Under the pieces are notes generated by a model. It ran no database searches. It worked only from the letters and a program-made list of their open reading frames with translations, and was not told the origin of the DNA. A DNA stretch of 57,541 bases, counting the filler, from Catajapyx aquilonaris (lineage: Eukaryota): assembly GCA_000934665.2 (NCBI GenBank). It is 4 parts of 4 records of this genome, joined end to end, with 100 filler letters (N's around TTAATTAATTAA, not from the genome) between each part and the next. Parts side by side here need not be neighbours in the genome. Positions count along the whole stretch, not along the records: positions 14,413 to 28,728 come from JYFJ02007823.1; positions 28,829 to 43,145 come from JYFJ02007824.1; 2 more parts are not named here. The stretch is one strand, 5' to 3'. Position numbers and translations under genes: made by a program. Shown here piece after piece: positions 24,301 to 35,615 of the stretch (its first letter is position 1; every line of letters starts with the position of its first letter).

Positions 24301-27300
24301 CAAAAATTAATGTTAGAAATAAAAGTCCGTAAAAATATTAATATGTCGCAAACAAAGAAATATGCTAGACTTTTTTCGGAAGAAAAATTAAAAATCTACG
24401 GTAAATCTTATTATTTTGATTAAACCTTAGTTAAAACAGCACGCACTATGTACAGTGTAGCACATTAAAAACCTGTGAACATATAATTTTTCCGGTATCT
24501 AGGAACATTTTCGGATGACACTATGCAACACGATATTTGTCCATGGAAAATCATCATCATATTCGTGTTCCTTAGGTCACAAGTAACTCATAATGGGCAT
24601 TCATTTTGTCTTTGATTTGTTTTTGACCTCGGGACAGTCAAAAAAACCAAAGTCCTCAAATATAGCAGTTTTTTCCCAATCAAGTGGGCCTAAATGTTAC
24701 TAAACCATCTCGGATTTTTCTGAAAATAATCATAGCTGTACACACCTATGCCGTAACACTGCATATCAAGTTTCAGTCAAATTGCGAAATACCGTGGGGA
24801 GGGAAAAAATCGCGAAAATTTGAAAATGGGGCCTTTTTTGGATTTTTTTTCGGTTATTTGAAGTGGTCAAAACCCAATCAACAAATACATCAAATGAAAG
24901 AGAAACGCCAGTAGAATGCGGCGCCTATGGAATTTGTTTTTCTGAAGAATGCACTCAGAAAATCATTCATGGCATTTCATCAGTCACATGTCCAAGAATT
25001 AAAAATTAATGGTACTGTAATTATGCAAACATATTATCTATTATTTTCTCGCGAGCCATGCATGACCCAGGATTTAAACTGAACATATTGAATCTTGTAC
25101 GGGTCACAACTCCTGTCACCAAATATGGCTGCTCTTACGCAAATACATCACTAATAATGGTTGGTCTGAACGCTTGGACACGTTATAACGTGTACAAGTG
25201 TTCAGACCACTGAGCATGTGACCGATGGAATGCCACACATGTTTTCGAGAAAAACAAATTCTACTCGCCTTACTCTTTCATTTGATGTANCCCCCCTCCC
25301 ACAGTATTACGCAATATGGCTGAAACTTGATATGCAGTGCTACAGCGTATGTGTGTACAGTACAGTTGTGATTGTTTTCAGAAAAATTCGAGATGGTTTA
25401 GCAACATTTAGGCCCACTTGATTGGGAAAAAACTGCTATATTTGAGGACTTCGGTTTTTTGACTGCCCCGAGGTTGAAAACAAATCGAAGACCAAATGAA
25501 TGCCCATTATGAGTTACTTGTGACCTAAGGAACATGAATATGACAATGAATTTCCATGGAGAAAAAAAAAAGTCACATTTTGTTGCATAGTGTTATCAGT
25601 GTTTTCCGATTATTATCTTGTGCCCATCCGTTCATTCATTAGCTTAGATAATTGCGAGTACAATGTATTAAGACTCTGAAATGGTACTGTTTATCCAGCA
25701 TTATAGTCAAACACTTTAACTCCACTTTGATAACTCATGGGCAAAACCAGACATACGAGTAATAAAATTGTAAATCGTAATAAAATTGAAAATTTTATGC
25801 TTCCCTGCAGGAAAGTTGTAAAATAATTATTAATAATTTTGTTACATATTTATCTGGTTTACAATGATGAATTACATGCATGACTTGCAATGCCACATTG
25901 GTGCAACCAGATGTCTGTCTAGGTTGGTGATAATATTATTTTAAAGTTTTTCTTGTGGCCCACCCAAATTACTATTATTTTTTGTCACTTGTCTGGTTTT
26001 GCTCGGCAGGTATCATTAAGCTCTTTTCTACAGTTTCTTGCCGTAAATTTTACAATTGGCTACATAATATTGGTCTCACTCTTATGATGTATTATATTTA
26101 TCTTATTATGTAACTACACTCACCTTTAACTTTTCCTTCCAGTGCAACGGAATATGATTGCTGGGAAAAAGATGACACAGGATGGCCCTGCTTTTATGCT
26201 GGTGCTGTCATGCAAGTCTTCCTGTCTGTGTATGATGTGGCCAAGGATAAGATCTCTCCTTATATGGGGAGCTTCACTCTCAGAGTGGTTGGATCATCAC
26301 AGAACAATTCAGATTACCAGATATTTTCTGAACAAGAATTGAATGACAACAATAACCAGAGCAGTGGCAAGGTACAGTGCACAGATTAGTACTGGAACCA
26401 TGCATATGCCTCGACCTGAGTGCTCTTCTATTGTATATACAGTTTTATCGTGCAAAATGCAAGAGGGAAGTCCTGGTTTACATTGTGATATAAGAGATAT
26501 AAATATTAATCTCTAGAGTTCCACTGTCTTGTAGTTTGGAATGTCACTGGTCACTATGGTATGCAGTGCATGTAAAATCAATGTTGAATGTGTGAGCTTC
26601 CAAATTTTGCTCTGGCAACAGGTCCACAGTGTCATGCTCCCTCGTATATTTGCAAGAAACCTATACACAGACAATGCAGGCAATATTTAATATGGATAAT
26701 ACATGGTAATAAACATCTCCAATTACAATCAGCACTTTATCTGGATGAATAATTTTATTCAAAGCATGTAGATGAATCTCAAGAGTTTGTACTGTTTTTA
26801 TTGCTATAGTAATGTGTGTAGCTTGTGCTCTCACATAATTATGCAAAGGTTAAAAATCATTCTAAGATGGCTTGTAGTCCTAGTGTAATGTTGATGAGAG
26901 AGTGAGTCCTTAACATGTAACATGCCATTGCTTGAAGAACAGTATGAATTTCAAGTTTTCATATATTATTATAATATGATGATGATGATGATGATCATCA
27001 TCATCATCATCATCATCATCTCTCTCTCTCTCTCTTTTCAGGCATCCTTGATTTGGAGTTCTACAGACACAACTGGAGTAGATGTACCAGTATTTGATCG
27101 TAAGCATAACTCTCTATCTTGGCTGTGCCAGGTGAACTCCAAATGTGGAGGACTCTCTCCAAAATTTCCTTTCAATCCTGATGTTTGGCTATTGGTGGAG
27201 GCTAACACAATGGGAGTTCAAAGTTCATCATACTGCCGCAGGAATGTCACCTTCCCTGTTCATCTCCATGGCGTCACTGCCCTTACCTCAATGGCCACTA

Positions 27301-27464
27301 CATTGTATTCTCTGTTCATCCTCTTTGGAATCCTCTTTATTTACCTCCTCTTCATCATAAAGGACAAGGCACTCATCAAGTTTATCATTAAAACACTGAA
27401 GAACATCTGGGCATATGTGTACAGACCAGGAGAAGAGTCAATGGCTAGTCGAATTAGTGAGTGA
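15378..27464 (+). CDS. CATSPERG: Cation channel sperm-associated auxiliary subunit gamma (CatSper-gamma)-like, 5'-partial (last 6 exons)
   Basis: Exons 15378-15475, 15537-15662, 19460-19603, 23279-23525, 26143-26371, 27042-27464, all GT-AG, phase-consistent, no internal stops. Motifs are colinear with the CatSper-gamma C-terminal half as I recall it: LPKYLYLDHG (LPERIFLDKG), SFSVTIQE, VHVGCPP..LLFD (VFIGCPP..LAFD), YDC..PCFY, GSFTLRVVG, SLIW, WLC..NS.C, SSYC..TFPVHLHG, then one C-terminal TM helix. Confidence 0.85.
15702..18336. mobile_element. 2.6-kb foldback element of the same TIR family, in a CATSPERG intron
   Basis: TA-flanked CAGTACCGCTCATAAAGAATG TIRs; ~1-kb diverged inverted arms (15702-~16700 vs ~17040-18336). 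Confidence 0.8.
17140..17416. mobile_element. hAT (Charlie-like) MITE nested in the foldback arm
   Basis: CAGTGCTTCCCAAAC...GAAGCACTG termini; 8-bp TSD ATGTTAAT/ATGTTAAG. Confidence 0.7.
20806..21150 (-). mobile_element. tRNA-derived SINE (family C)
   Basis: B box GGTTCGATCCC, 14-bp TSD ATGTACTTGTACAT; close homologue at ~44110-44460. Confidence 0.88.
21388..21491 (+). pseudogene. tRNA-like Pol III unit embedded in a transposon arm (mirror copy 22519-22622, minus)
   Basis: A box TGGCCCAGTTGG, B box GGTTCGAGCC, ends ...GAGACCA, then T-runs; the anticodon region is expanded and not a canonical cloverleaf. Confidence 0.5.
23744..24122. mobile_element. Tc1/pogo-type MITE, copy of 14872-15260
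   Basis: Same TIR and inverted internal homology; right TIR truncated. Confidence 0.75.
24519..25592. mobile_element. Foldback element with ~285-bp arms and CACTATG termini (Transib-like)
   Basis: Arms 24519-~24803 and ~25291-25592 are reverse complements; ends CACTATG...CATAGTG; no clear 5-bp TSD. Confidence 0.6.
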
Positions 27465-27514
27465 TAATCTTTTTATATTTTCTTTTTTGCATCCACACTA
27501 ATAGTAGTGAAGCA

Positions 27515-27816
27515 ACCGAAGCAGTAGTGGTGGAGTGGTATGGTGTCCGACTGCTAATCGGGAGGTCCTGGGTTCGAATCCCGGAGGCCGGCGACCCTGA
27601 TCATGGTTTTCTGTGGTTTCCCATGGTCATCGCAGGATAATTCCGGGGTCGTTACCGTAATTATAGGCCACAGCCGCTTCCTTCCTTCCTTACCTATCCT
27701 TGCCTCAATTCCGATGAAAAAGTATAGTAAAAATGGAAAGAGTTCTCGACAAAAAAATTGTGAGCAATCCCCCCCTAATAAAACCCAAAGGGCTGATAAT
27801 GGGGTATCAATTATTA
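27515..27816 (+). mobile_element. tRNA-derived SINE (family A), 50 nt after the CATSPERG stop
   Basis: A box TGGTGGAGTGG, B box GGTTCGAATCCC, 16-bp TSD TAATAGTAGTGAAGCA. Confidence 0.9.
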
Positions 27817-28728
27817 TAATAGTAGTGAAGCATATGCATACATGAATATATTAGGTTTTTACTTCACCAACCAAATTACAGAATTTCATAACCTATCTAG
27901 ATTTATTAACTTATTTTCGTTTAAAAATGATCTCTACTGAGGATGAATTGATCTTAACATTCTGAGATTGTCTGAAAAGCCCTCAGGGTTAATATTTTAT
28001 TGGTATAGAATTATAGATAGTGACATGAGGAGTGTACAGTGACCATAAGAGCTGGTAACAACCTTCTACAATATACTAGAGCATTGTAGATTTACCAAAT
28101 GGTTGCACCTGTGAATAAAGGTTTTTGAAAATTTAGTTGCAAAGTGGATAAAATGTGTATCTGGATGTCTGTAGGACACTAAGGCTGTTTTAATTTAAAT
28201 GAATTTGCAAAAATACAATATACCATGCTTCTCTGTACTCTCTTATGAAGCTGGGTTTAACATCCCAGTCAGCACTTAGATTAGTTTAGAGAGGTTACAA
28301 CATTAGGCTATACCATATTACCCCATATAGAGCAGTGTGCCTGTAATTATGGGGTTGACACACTTCTGGTGACTATACTGGCATGCTGGCATAAGGTAGT
28401 GTTGGCTGGTATATAACAGCATTTTGTCTATATTTTACCATCGAAAAGTGCGTAATTTATCGAGACATAAAATGAAGGAGAACAGTAGTTTTGCATCCTC
28501 TTTGCTCTTGCCCCATCAGCCTCACCAGTCAGAAATAGGTCCTGTCAGTGCAAATCACTTTTAAAACAAAATATGCCCTCCCCTCCATTCCATTTACTGA
28601 GGACTAAGCACTCAACATGGTGGCATGAGGGTTTGGTGACCCTTTACGGAATCTCGTGTTGGCCCTGAAAAGGGCCGTTTCTAATGCTGGTCCTGAAAAG
28701 GACCGTTGACTGATGTGCTGCTGCTGCT

Positions 28729-28828
28729 NNNNNNNNNNNNNNNNNNNNNNNNNNNNNNNNNNNNNNNNNNNNTTAATTAATTAANNNNNNNNNNNNNNNN
28801 NNNNNNNNNNNNNNNNNNNNNNNNNNNN
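28729..28828. other. Artificial contig-joining linker
   Basis: Same 44N-TTAATTAATTAA-44N structure. Confidence 0.97.
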
Positions 28829-29180
28829 AAGATCAGGGTAACCTCCATGAGTGCCGGCAACCATGTAGGGGACCCTGCCAAATTTCCGACTGTTTCTGCC
28901 CATACCCGGAAGAGGCGCTGCTCTTTTGCGCCAGATTCGAATTTCCGAACTTTGACGGCTCGTCCTGGCCTTACCGTTCGTCTCTCAGGAAAACTGCTTA
29001 TACCCTCGGAATCAGGATTTTCTGCCCGATTTTTAGAATCCAACTTGTATTTTGAGTGGAGTGTCCCTTTAACTCTCAATAAGTCTTTTGTTTGTTTGTT
29101 TAGTTTCGTTATTTTTCCCAGTGGGCCTGTGGCCCTTACAGGGAGACTACTTCTCCAATAAACAATATTATACAATTTAA

Positions 29181-30061
29181 CCCTGTAGCGGGCATTGTTG
29201 CCTGAGGGCAACAATTAATTTGCGCAGGCGCCATAAGCTTCAACATTGGTCCTGGAAACCACAGTGTGGCTTGATGTCACCGTTAGTTTGTTAGCTTCCG
29301 CTGGATGACATGCAATGTCGACAATGTTACGATCGGGATATGGTATGAAGCGGAGAGAAGCCAAGGTCGTTGAAAATGGCGCGAAATTTGAATTTGCTGA
29401 AGCAGCAATTGTTTCTGGAGCTGATTAGATATAGGTGCAGATATTAAATATCGAATTGCATGTGTAACACTGCAAGAGTAGCTCTCTCGTCGCCATTTGA
29501 GGCCATTCTAATTTTGCCAGCACAATTTCATCACAATTTTTTGGCGGCGCAGGCACAATATTGCTTGAGGTTTGAGTCCTAAGTCATTGTACTATTTTTA
29601 TTCGAAAACGGAAATATGTACAGATATGACCATTACTACGTTTTAAAGGCCCGGCGATTACAATTTGGACTGGAATATAGATGGCCCCGAGATCTCAAGG
29701 GAAGCCGGTAAACGAAAGGGGATCGTGACCCCCCACCCCGAGCTGCATGAGACGGTGGAAGGGTGGGGGTTATGATCGCCTTTAGTTTTCTGGTCCCCTT
29801 TGCGATATGGATGCCATCTGTTTATCAGATGAAATTGTAATCACCGGACCTTCAAAACTTAGCAAAGGTCATCTCTGTATGTGTTACCATTTTTGAGTAA
29901 AAAAATACTCGCCATGACTTTTTACTCACCCGGTGTAACTTCAAAGTCATTGGGTCAGAGATGACCAAAACATAATAAAAACCATCCTTACGTCGCATAT
30001 GATGAGGAAAAGGCGTTAGATTTTTTTTCTTCCCACAATCCTAAATTGGTGCAGTACAGGG
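29181..30061. mobile_element. piggyBac-like non-autonomous element
   Basis: TTAA|CCCTGTA...TACAGGG|TTAA; contains an inner degenerate foldback at ~29575-29930. Confidence 0.6.
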
Positions 30062-30170
30062 TTAAGTTTGAGAGCTCTCAATAAGTCTTAAATCAAGCTA
30101 AGGTAATTCCATACAAATAGGCCTACTTCTAAGTTTCAAGTCCTTTCAGCCAGGGTGGATTTAAGAGTAA

Positions 30171-30845
30171 GGTGCGTTCACATATACGCGACTAAACACT
30201 TGCGAGCAATTTTCAGGTTTTTCTTTTTCGCGTCTTTTACGTCACGAATCGAGCGAATTTTTGGAAAATTTTCTAGGCATTTTCGTATCCGCTATTCGAG
30301 AAAACTTACTCGCTAGTTATGGAGCATGCGCTGTGCAGCAGCGCAGGTAGGAGGGAGGACGGGGTCGGGGTTGGTGTGGGCAGGGGGAGGTCTTGGCTGA
30401 GAAAGATGGCGGAGCCCTGTGCTGCGGAGGCAGCCGGCATGGCAGTGAAAATGCTGCTAACCGACCTCGGAAGGGCGTCCAGGTCACAGTGCACCAAGGG
30501 GGGCAAGAGCTGGACATGGTGCGGAGGCTGGCCGGGTCGGGAGTTTGCGACAAAAAAATTGGTAACTTCCGAGCTTGGGCATCCGCATTCCTAACATGGC
30601 CGAGGAAGGCCGTGGCGGCGCTGGGTGGCTCGAACCAGGCTCTAAAATTCGCTCGCGTCAAAAGAAAACGCTTCTATCTGGCTCTGCCAGAGGAGCGCGA
30701 TTTTTAGTTTAGTCGCGTGAGTGACCAAAATTAGCTCGCGTCTAGGAGAAAAACGCCGATACGTGAATGCCTTTGGCCAGACGCGAATAAGCTGAAAGCT
30801 GAAATTCGCTCGTTTTTGAGCAAAATCGCGTATATGTGAACGCCC
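30171..30845. mobile_element. PIF/Harbinger-like MITE
   Basis: TIR GG(T/G)GCGTTCACATATACGCGA, TAA on the left flank; its GC-rich interior explains several spurious ORFs. Confidence 0.65.
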
Positions 30846-33000
30846 GATTTTCTCTCTCTAGACTGGTGTTTGTAGCTGAGCGCAGCACCTCTTCCACCTC
30901 CAGATGCTATCCTTGTCCCCCTTGTACACTTTTGCCACCACGGCACTGGCCCTTTTTCTTAATCCCATCAGATTTCTCAAGTTCTCTTTTCCACACTTTT
31001 TAACAACATAATAATTGAATTCCTCATTGTTGGTAACCTATTTCTGCAGAGACAACTAGCCCCATTACATTTTAAAATATAAATTAAGATTTTTTTCTTT
31101 GTTACATTGACGTAATATTCTACATAATGAATTAGAATCACTGAAGAAAAGTTTCCACGCAAATATGCCCATAGGTTATTCACGCTGCAGAATTCAACAT
31201 TCAACATTCAACATGGCCGCCGGCGGCCATGTTGGGCCCCCCAATGTAGCCCTCCCCTTTCGTACCTATAAAGTTCAGCCTTAGTCCGGTAGGGTCGCCA
31301 CTTATCCTGGCCTCCGAAATGTCTCATGGCGGTCTCAGGTGAGCAACTTCTGCAAAACACGCCAGCAGGGGGTGGGTGGGAGCGACCAGACCTTACTTAT
31401 ATGACCGTGGGTGGGAACTACTGGGAACCGCTCAGGTCCACCTGGATGGACTTGTGCGATTGCCACCGCTCAGTTCCGCGCCCCAAACCACGCCCCCCAA
31501 ACGCACTCTTGCCGCCCGCTCAGCCTTCCGCCGAATTTGTGTAGGCCCTTTAGTGTACTTCTAAAGTCATATCCGACATAAAAAATAAATGTCAACAACT
31601 AATCTGGAAACCTTCCATAATGGTCAACAGAGGGCAAGGGGGAATTACATGTAAAATGGATCCACTTTCGTGACCGTCTTCATGAGCTATGGAATGCTTT
31701 CAAGAACCTTCAGGTCTGACCAGGCCATGGATGGCCCTACAGCCCAAAAGCTATGGAATGCATGAAATTATACATCTATATAAAACTGTAAAACATCGTG
31801 ATACCCTCCCCATTATTGTATCAGACTGTGCATACATGGGACAGTGTGTGTTGGTTACACCATCAGCAAATTAATATGTATACATGTTGCTGATGGTGTA
31901 GACCACGATGTAGCCGAGACACCTGGAAGGTATTTTTAGAGAGAGAGAGATTTCGACCGTTCCATAGCTAGGGGCTAGTTTTTATGCACTGGCTGCTGGT
32001 GACTCATGGAAGTTGGTGGCTTTCCGTAGCCCACTAGACACCTGACACCTGACACCTGACACAGCGCCGCTGGCCGGTCACATGCTTGCTCAAGTCTGAT
32101 TGGCATACTTTTGTAGCATGAGGTACCGCCAGTCAAAGAAAACTTCCCTCTGCTGGGCAGGCCTTGGAATATATGCTTCTTGGGTCATTCGTTGAGGTCA
32201 GTCTGTTACACAGTGTGTACACCTACAATTCCTTCCATAGCGGAGATCTGTTGAAGCGGTTTGTGAGAGTTTATGTGACTCAGTGCGTATGCAAAAAAAT
32301 AACTATAAAATTTTCAAAATTGCTTCTTCGAGAAAAAATTAATTTAAGTGCGCATATTGTAGGACAATGACGAAAGTCGTCACTTTACACAAATTTATAT
32401 CCCACGTATTTAAAATATATACCGGGTTTTGACACCAGTTAATTTTATAACTTGTCCGTCCTTGTAAAATAGAAAATAAAAATAAAATATTTAAAGTGAC
32501 TTTTTTGAGAAAATAATTTTTGAAATATGCATGTTTTCACTAGTTGCCATATTTTCACCTCGCATATCTCAACTACGTACACTCGGAGCTAACAAAGGTT
32601 TTATTTCATAACCATTAGGGGGTCACCGAGTATATCATAAAATATAATCAGCACAACCGTCACGTTTACCATAACGGCGTAATAATTGCGAAATATGCGC
32701 ATTTTGACCAAAATATGCAAATAGGAGATTTTTTTTGCAGGTGACTATACCATTAAATGAGGTAAATTTATGCATTACATAACAGTGTGTTATTCCAAAA
32801 GCATGAGTTTAAAATTTAATGCTGGTTTTCAGAACAGTTCCCGAAATATACTCATTGAAAGCAATGGAAAAAGTGCACCTTCCCGTGATTGTGATTTTGG
32901 TACCCCTTAAAAGAAATATTAATATCTCGATAACTAAATTTTAATCTCGTAAAACTGACTGCTCCATAAAAGTTCAAAAGGATGTGGGTTTCACATATAT

Positions 33001-34536
33001 GAGGCATTCCACGTCAAGCGGGCCAATTTTCCGACAAATCTTCGAGGACTTTGACTAAGTTTTAATGACATGTACTACTCATCGACCTATGCCGGAAGCC
33101 AAAATATTATACCTCTGCGTTGCGTGGTTGCGTAACTACAGGGTGCGGAATCTACCAATTTATGCGGATTTTTGCAACGCATGCAGTCACTTGGATTACC
33201 ATAACTCCCAGAGGATAAGTGCAAATGCTAAACTTGATGTATGCGCTGGATACGTATTTTAACGCTCTATAAGATGGCCATACCGATGATTAAGAGAATC
33301 AAAAATTTAAAGTCACAAATTGGTGCTCCAATTTTGATTTTGATTTTTATCAAACTTGGACGTGTTTGATTTTTTTTTAATGACTCTTAAAATGAAGCTG
33401 AACATGTCTGGCCGATATTTCCGAAAACTCCCCTTGACCGAAATTGGTCTCTCACGCGCGATAAGCCAAAACGCAAACCGTGTGCATGCACGTGGACCAT
33501 CCAAGCGAATATCTATCGTTTGTACTGATCTGAAAAAAATCATAAGTGCCTACGTCATGCGTATGCTAATATGACAGAACTCGCGCTCTCTAAGTACCGG
33601 GTACAGTGGGAGTATAATTTGACACCAAACACTGACATGATTAGATCTGTCCAATGCAGTACTAGTGCTCTTTGTTGGTCAACAATAACATTGCTCTCTG
33701 CGTTTTGCAGGGTTGAGACTGCCAATGGGATTTTATCCCAACGCCCGCATTACAACTGTTTTTATGGCTGTGTAGGTGGAGTGAAGATAGTACGGTAAGG
33801 AATGGTGTCGTGGATATAAGGATGCTATGTTCGACAAAAAACAGGAGAATGTGGGATGGGAAATTGATTGTCAAGGCCTCTACGGCCTTACTCCTCCCAT
33901 CTGAAAAATAAGGCTTTTCCCTGGAAAATCTCCCTTCGCGTCCTCCTTTTCCTCACACAATATTATTATTCCACTTATTCCTTGTTCTTAACATATTGGC
34001 CCTGATAGCGAGAACGATGAATATACGCGGAAAGGCGGGTCCACGCCCATGCACACGGGATGCGTTTCGGCTTATCGCGCGTGAAAGACCAATTTCGGTC
34101 TCGGGGAGTTTTCGAAAATATCGGCCAGACATGTTCAGCTTCATTTTAAGAGTCATTAAAAAAAAAATCAAACACGTCCAAGTTTGATAAAAATCAAAAT
34201 CAAAATTGGAGCGCCAATTTGTGACTTTAAATTTTTGATTCTCTTAATCATCGGTATGGCCATCTTATAGAGCGTTAAAATACGTATCCAGCGCATACAT
34301 CAAGTTTAGCATTTGCACTTATCCTCTGGGAGTTATGGTAATCCAAGTGACTGCATGCGTTGCAAAAATCCGCATAAATTGGTAGATTCCGCACCCTGTA
34401 GTTACGCAACCACGCAACGCAGAGGTATAATATTTTGGCTTCCGGCATAGGTCGATGAGTAGTACATGTCATTACAATTTGGTCAAAGTCCTCGAAGATT
34501 TGTCGGAAAGGTGGCCCGCTTGACGTAGAATGCCTC
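33001..34536. mobile_element. Young foldback transposon with ~500-bp TIRs (Sola-like)
   Basis: GAG...CTC termini, 4-bp ATAT TSD; arms 33001-33498 and 34038-34536 are nearly identical (mirror ORFs 33065+ and 34275-). Confidence 0.8.
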
Positions 34537-34610
34537 ATATATTTTTTTCAAAAAAATAGATGACTATGACCTGACACCTTTTTTCACTCACTGGCTGATC
34601 TGAAATGGAA

Positions 34611-34630
34611 CCACCACCACCACCACCACC

Positions 34631-34679
<49 letters not shown>
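34611..34679. repeat. Compound microsatellite (CCA)n(GTA)n
   Basis: Read directly; it produces the poly-P/V and poly-T/G spurious ORFs. Confidence 0.9.
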
Positions 34680-34838
34680 ACAACGACGACTTTATTTGTC
34701 ACCCATCCGGCCTCTAGGCCCTTCCAGGAGGACATCTCTGCAACATCATTTCTGTGCATTTCATCATTGTTTTACAATTTGCAGATGAAAGAAGTATAAT
34801 ATTACATCAGCTAGCTTATTTAACCCGCAAATAGGAGA

Positions 34839-35615
34839 ATGGAATTTTTTCCTGATGTGTATTATAATACCGTTGCCATATCCAGAGGGTAAAGTTTCCC
34901 CTGTGGGTTCCTTTTTCCAGGGAATCAGGTTAATTAACTTCATTGGCACAGTAGTAATGCTGCTTGTTTGATTTCAGTGAGGAAAATCACTTGATGTATG
35001 TGTTGGATCATCCAGACAACAACTTGCTTGTGACACAAAAGCTGGCTGGTGGCTTGCTGGAGTACTATGAACCCAAGTTGAAAAAGGTGCAACAAGCGCT
35101 TCAAATTCTAACGTGAGTAGTTAGCATGAACCATTTTACTTTGTTACTATGTCCTATGAAGCTTATGACATTGTTTCAGGAAGAAACAAAGCTATTTGAT
35201 ACAGCAGCTGCAGCATGAGAGTAATCGGTTTTCAGAATGTGAGGAATCCTTTAATGTGAAAGAACTTGTGAGTTATGAAATTTTCCTCTGCTTGTGAAAC
35301 ACAGCACAGAAACAGGTGTTTTACTTAATGCACTTCTTTCCTGACAGTTCTTGCAGATGAAGGAGTACCACATGAAGTTGGCAAATATTAAAAAGGATAT
35401 GGTGCAAATTCAAGAGAGAACGACAAAACTTAAGGTAGGTATTTTCTAATCACTCAATTTTTCTTTTATACAAAAATGTTTCAAATTTGTCTCAGAAACG
35501 ATCAATTAAGATCCACCAGCAGAAACAAAAAGAAGCCTTGCAACGTGAGCAACAGAGGGACCGAGAACGAGAAAGAGAAGAGCAACTTATTGCAAAACCT
35601 GTCAAAAAGAGCTGA
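34839..35615 (+). CDS. BLOC1S6: Pallidin / biogenesis of lysosome-related organelles complex 1 subunit 6, ~159 aa
   Basis: Exons 34839-34888, 34978-35112, 35180-35267, 35348-35434, 35496-35615, all GT-AG and in phase. Protein ...LAGGLLEYYEPKLKKVQQALQILTKKQSYLIQQLQHE...YHMKLANIKKDMVQIQERTTKLKKRSIKIHQQKQKEALQREQQRDREREREEQLIAKPVKKS* matches the pallidin coiled-coil pattern. First coding exon less certain. Confidence 0.92.

Noticed and set aside
30306..30946. Cluster of GC-rich ORFs
   Set aside because: They lie within a Harbinger-like MITE; open frames reflect GC content.
33065..34538. Pairs of identical ORFs on opposite strands (also at 49251-50388)
   Set aside because: By-products of foldback arms, not duplicated genes.
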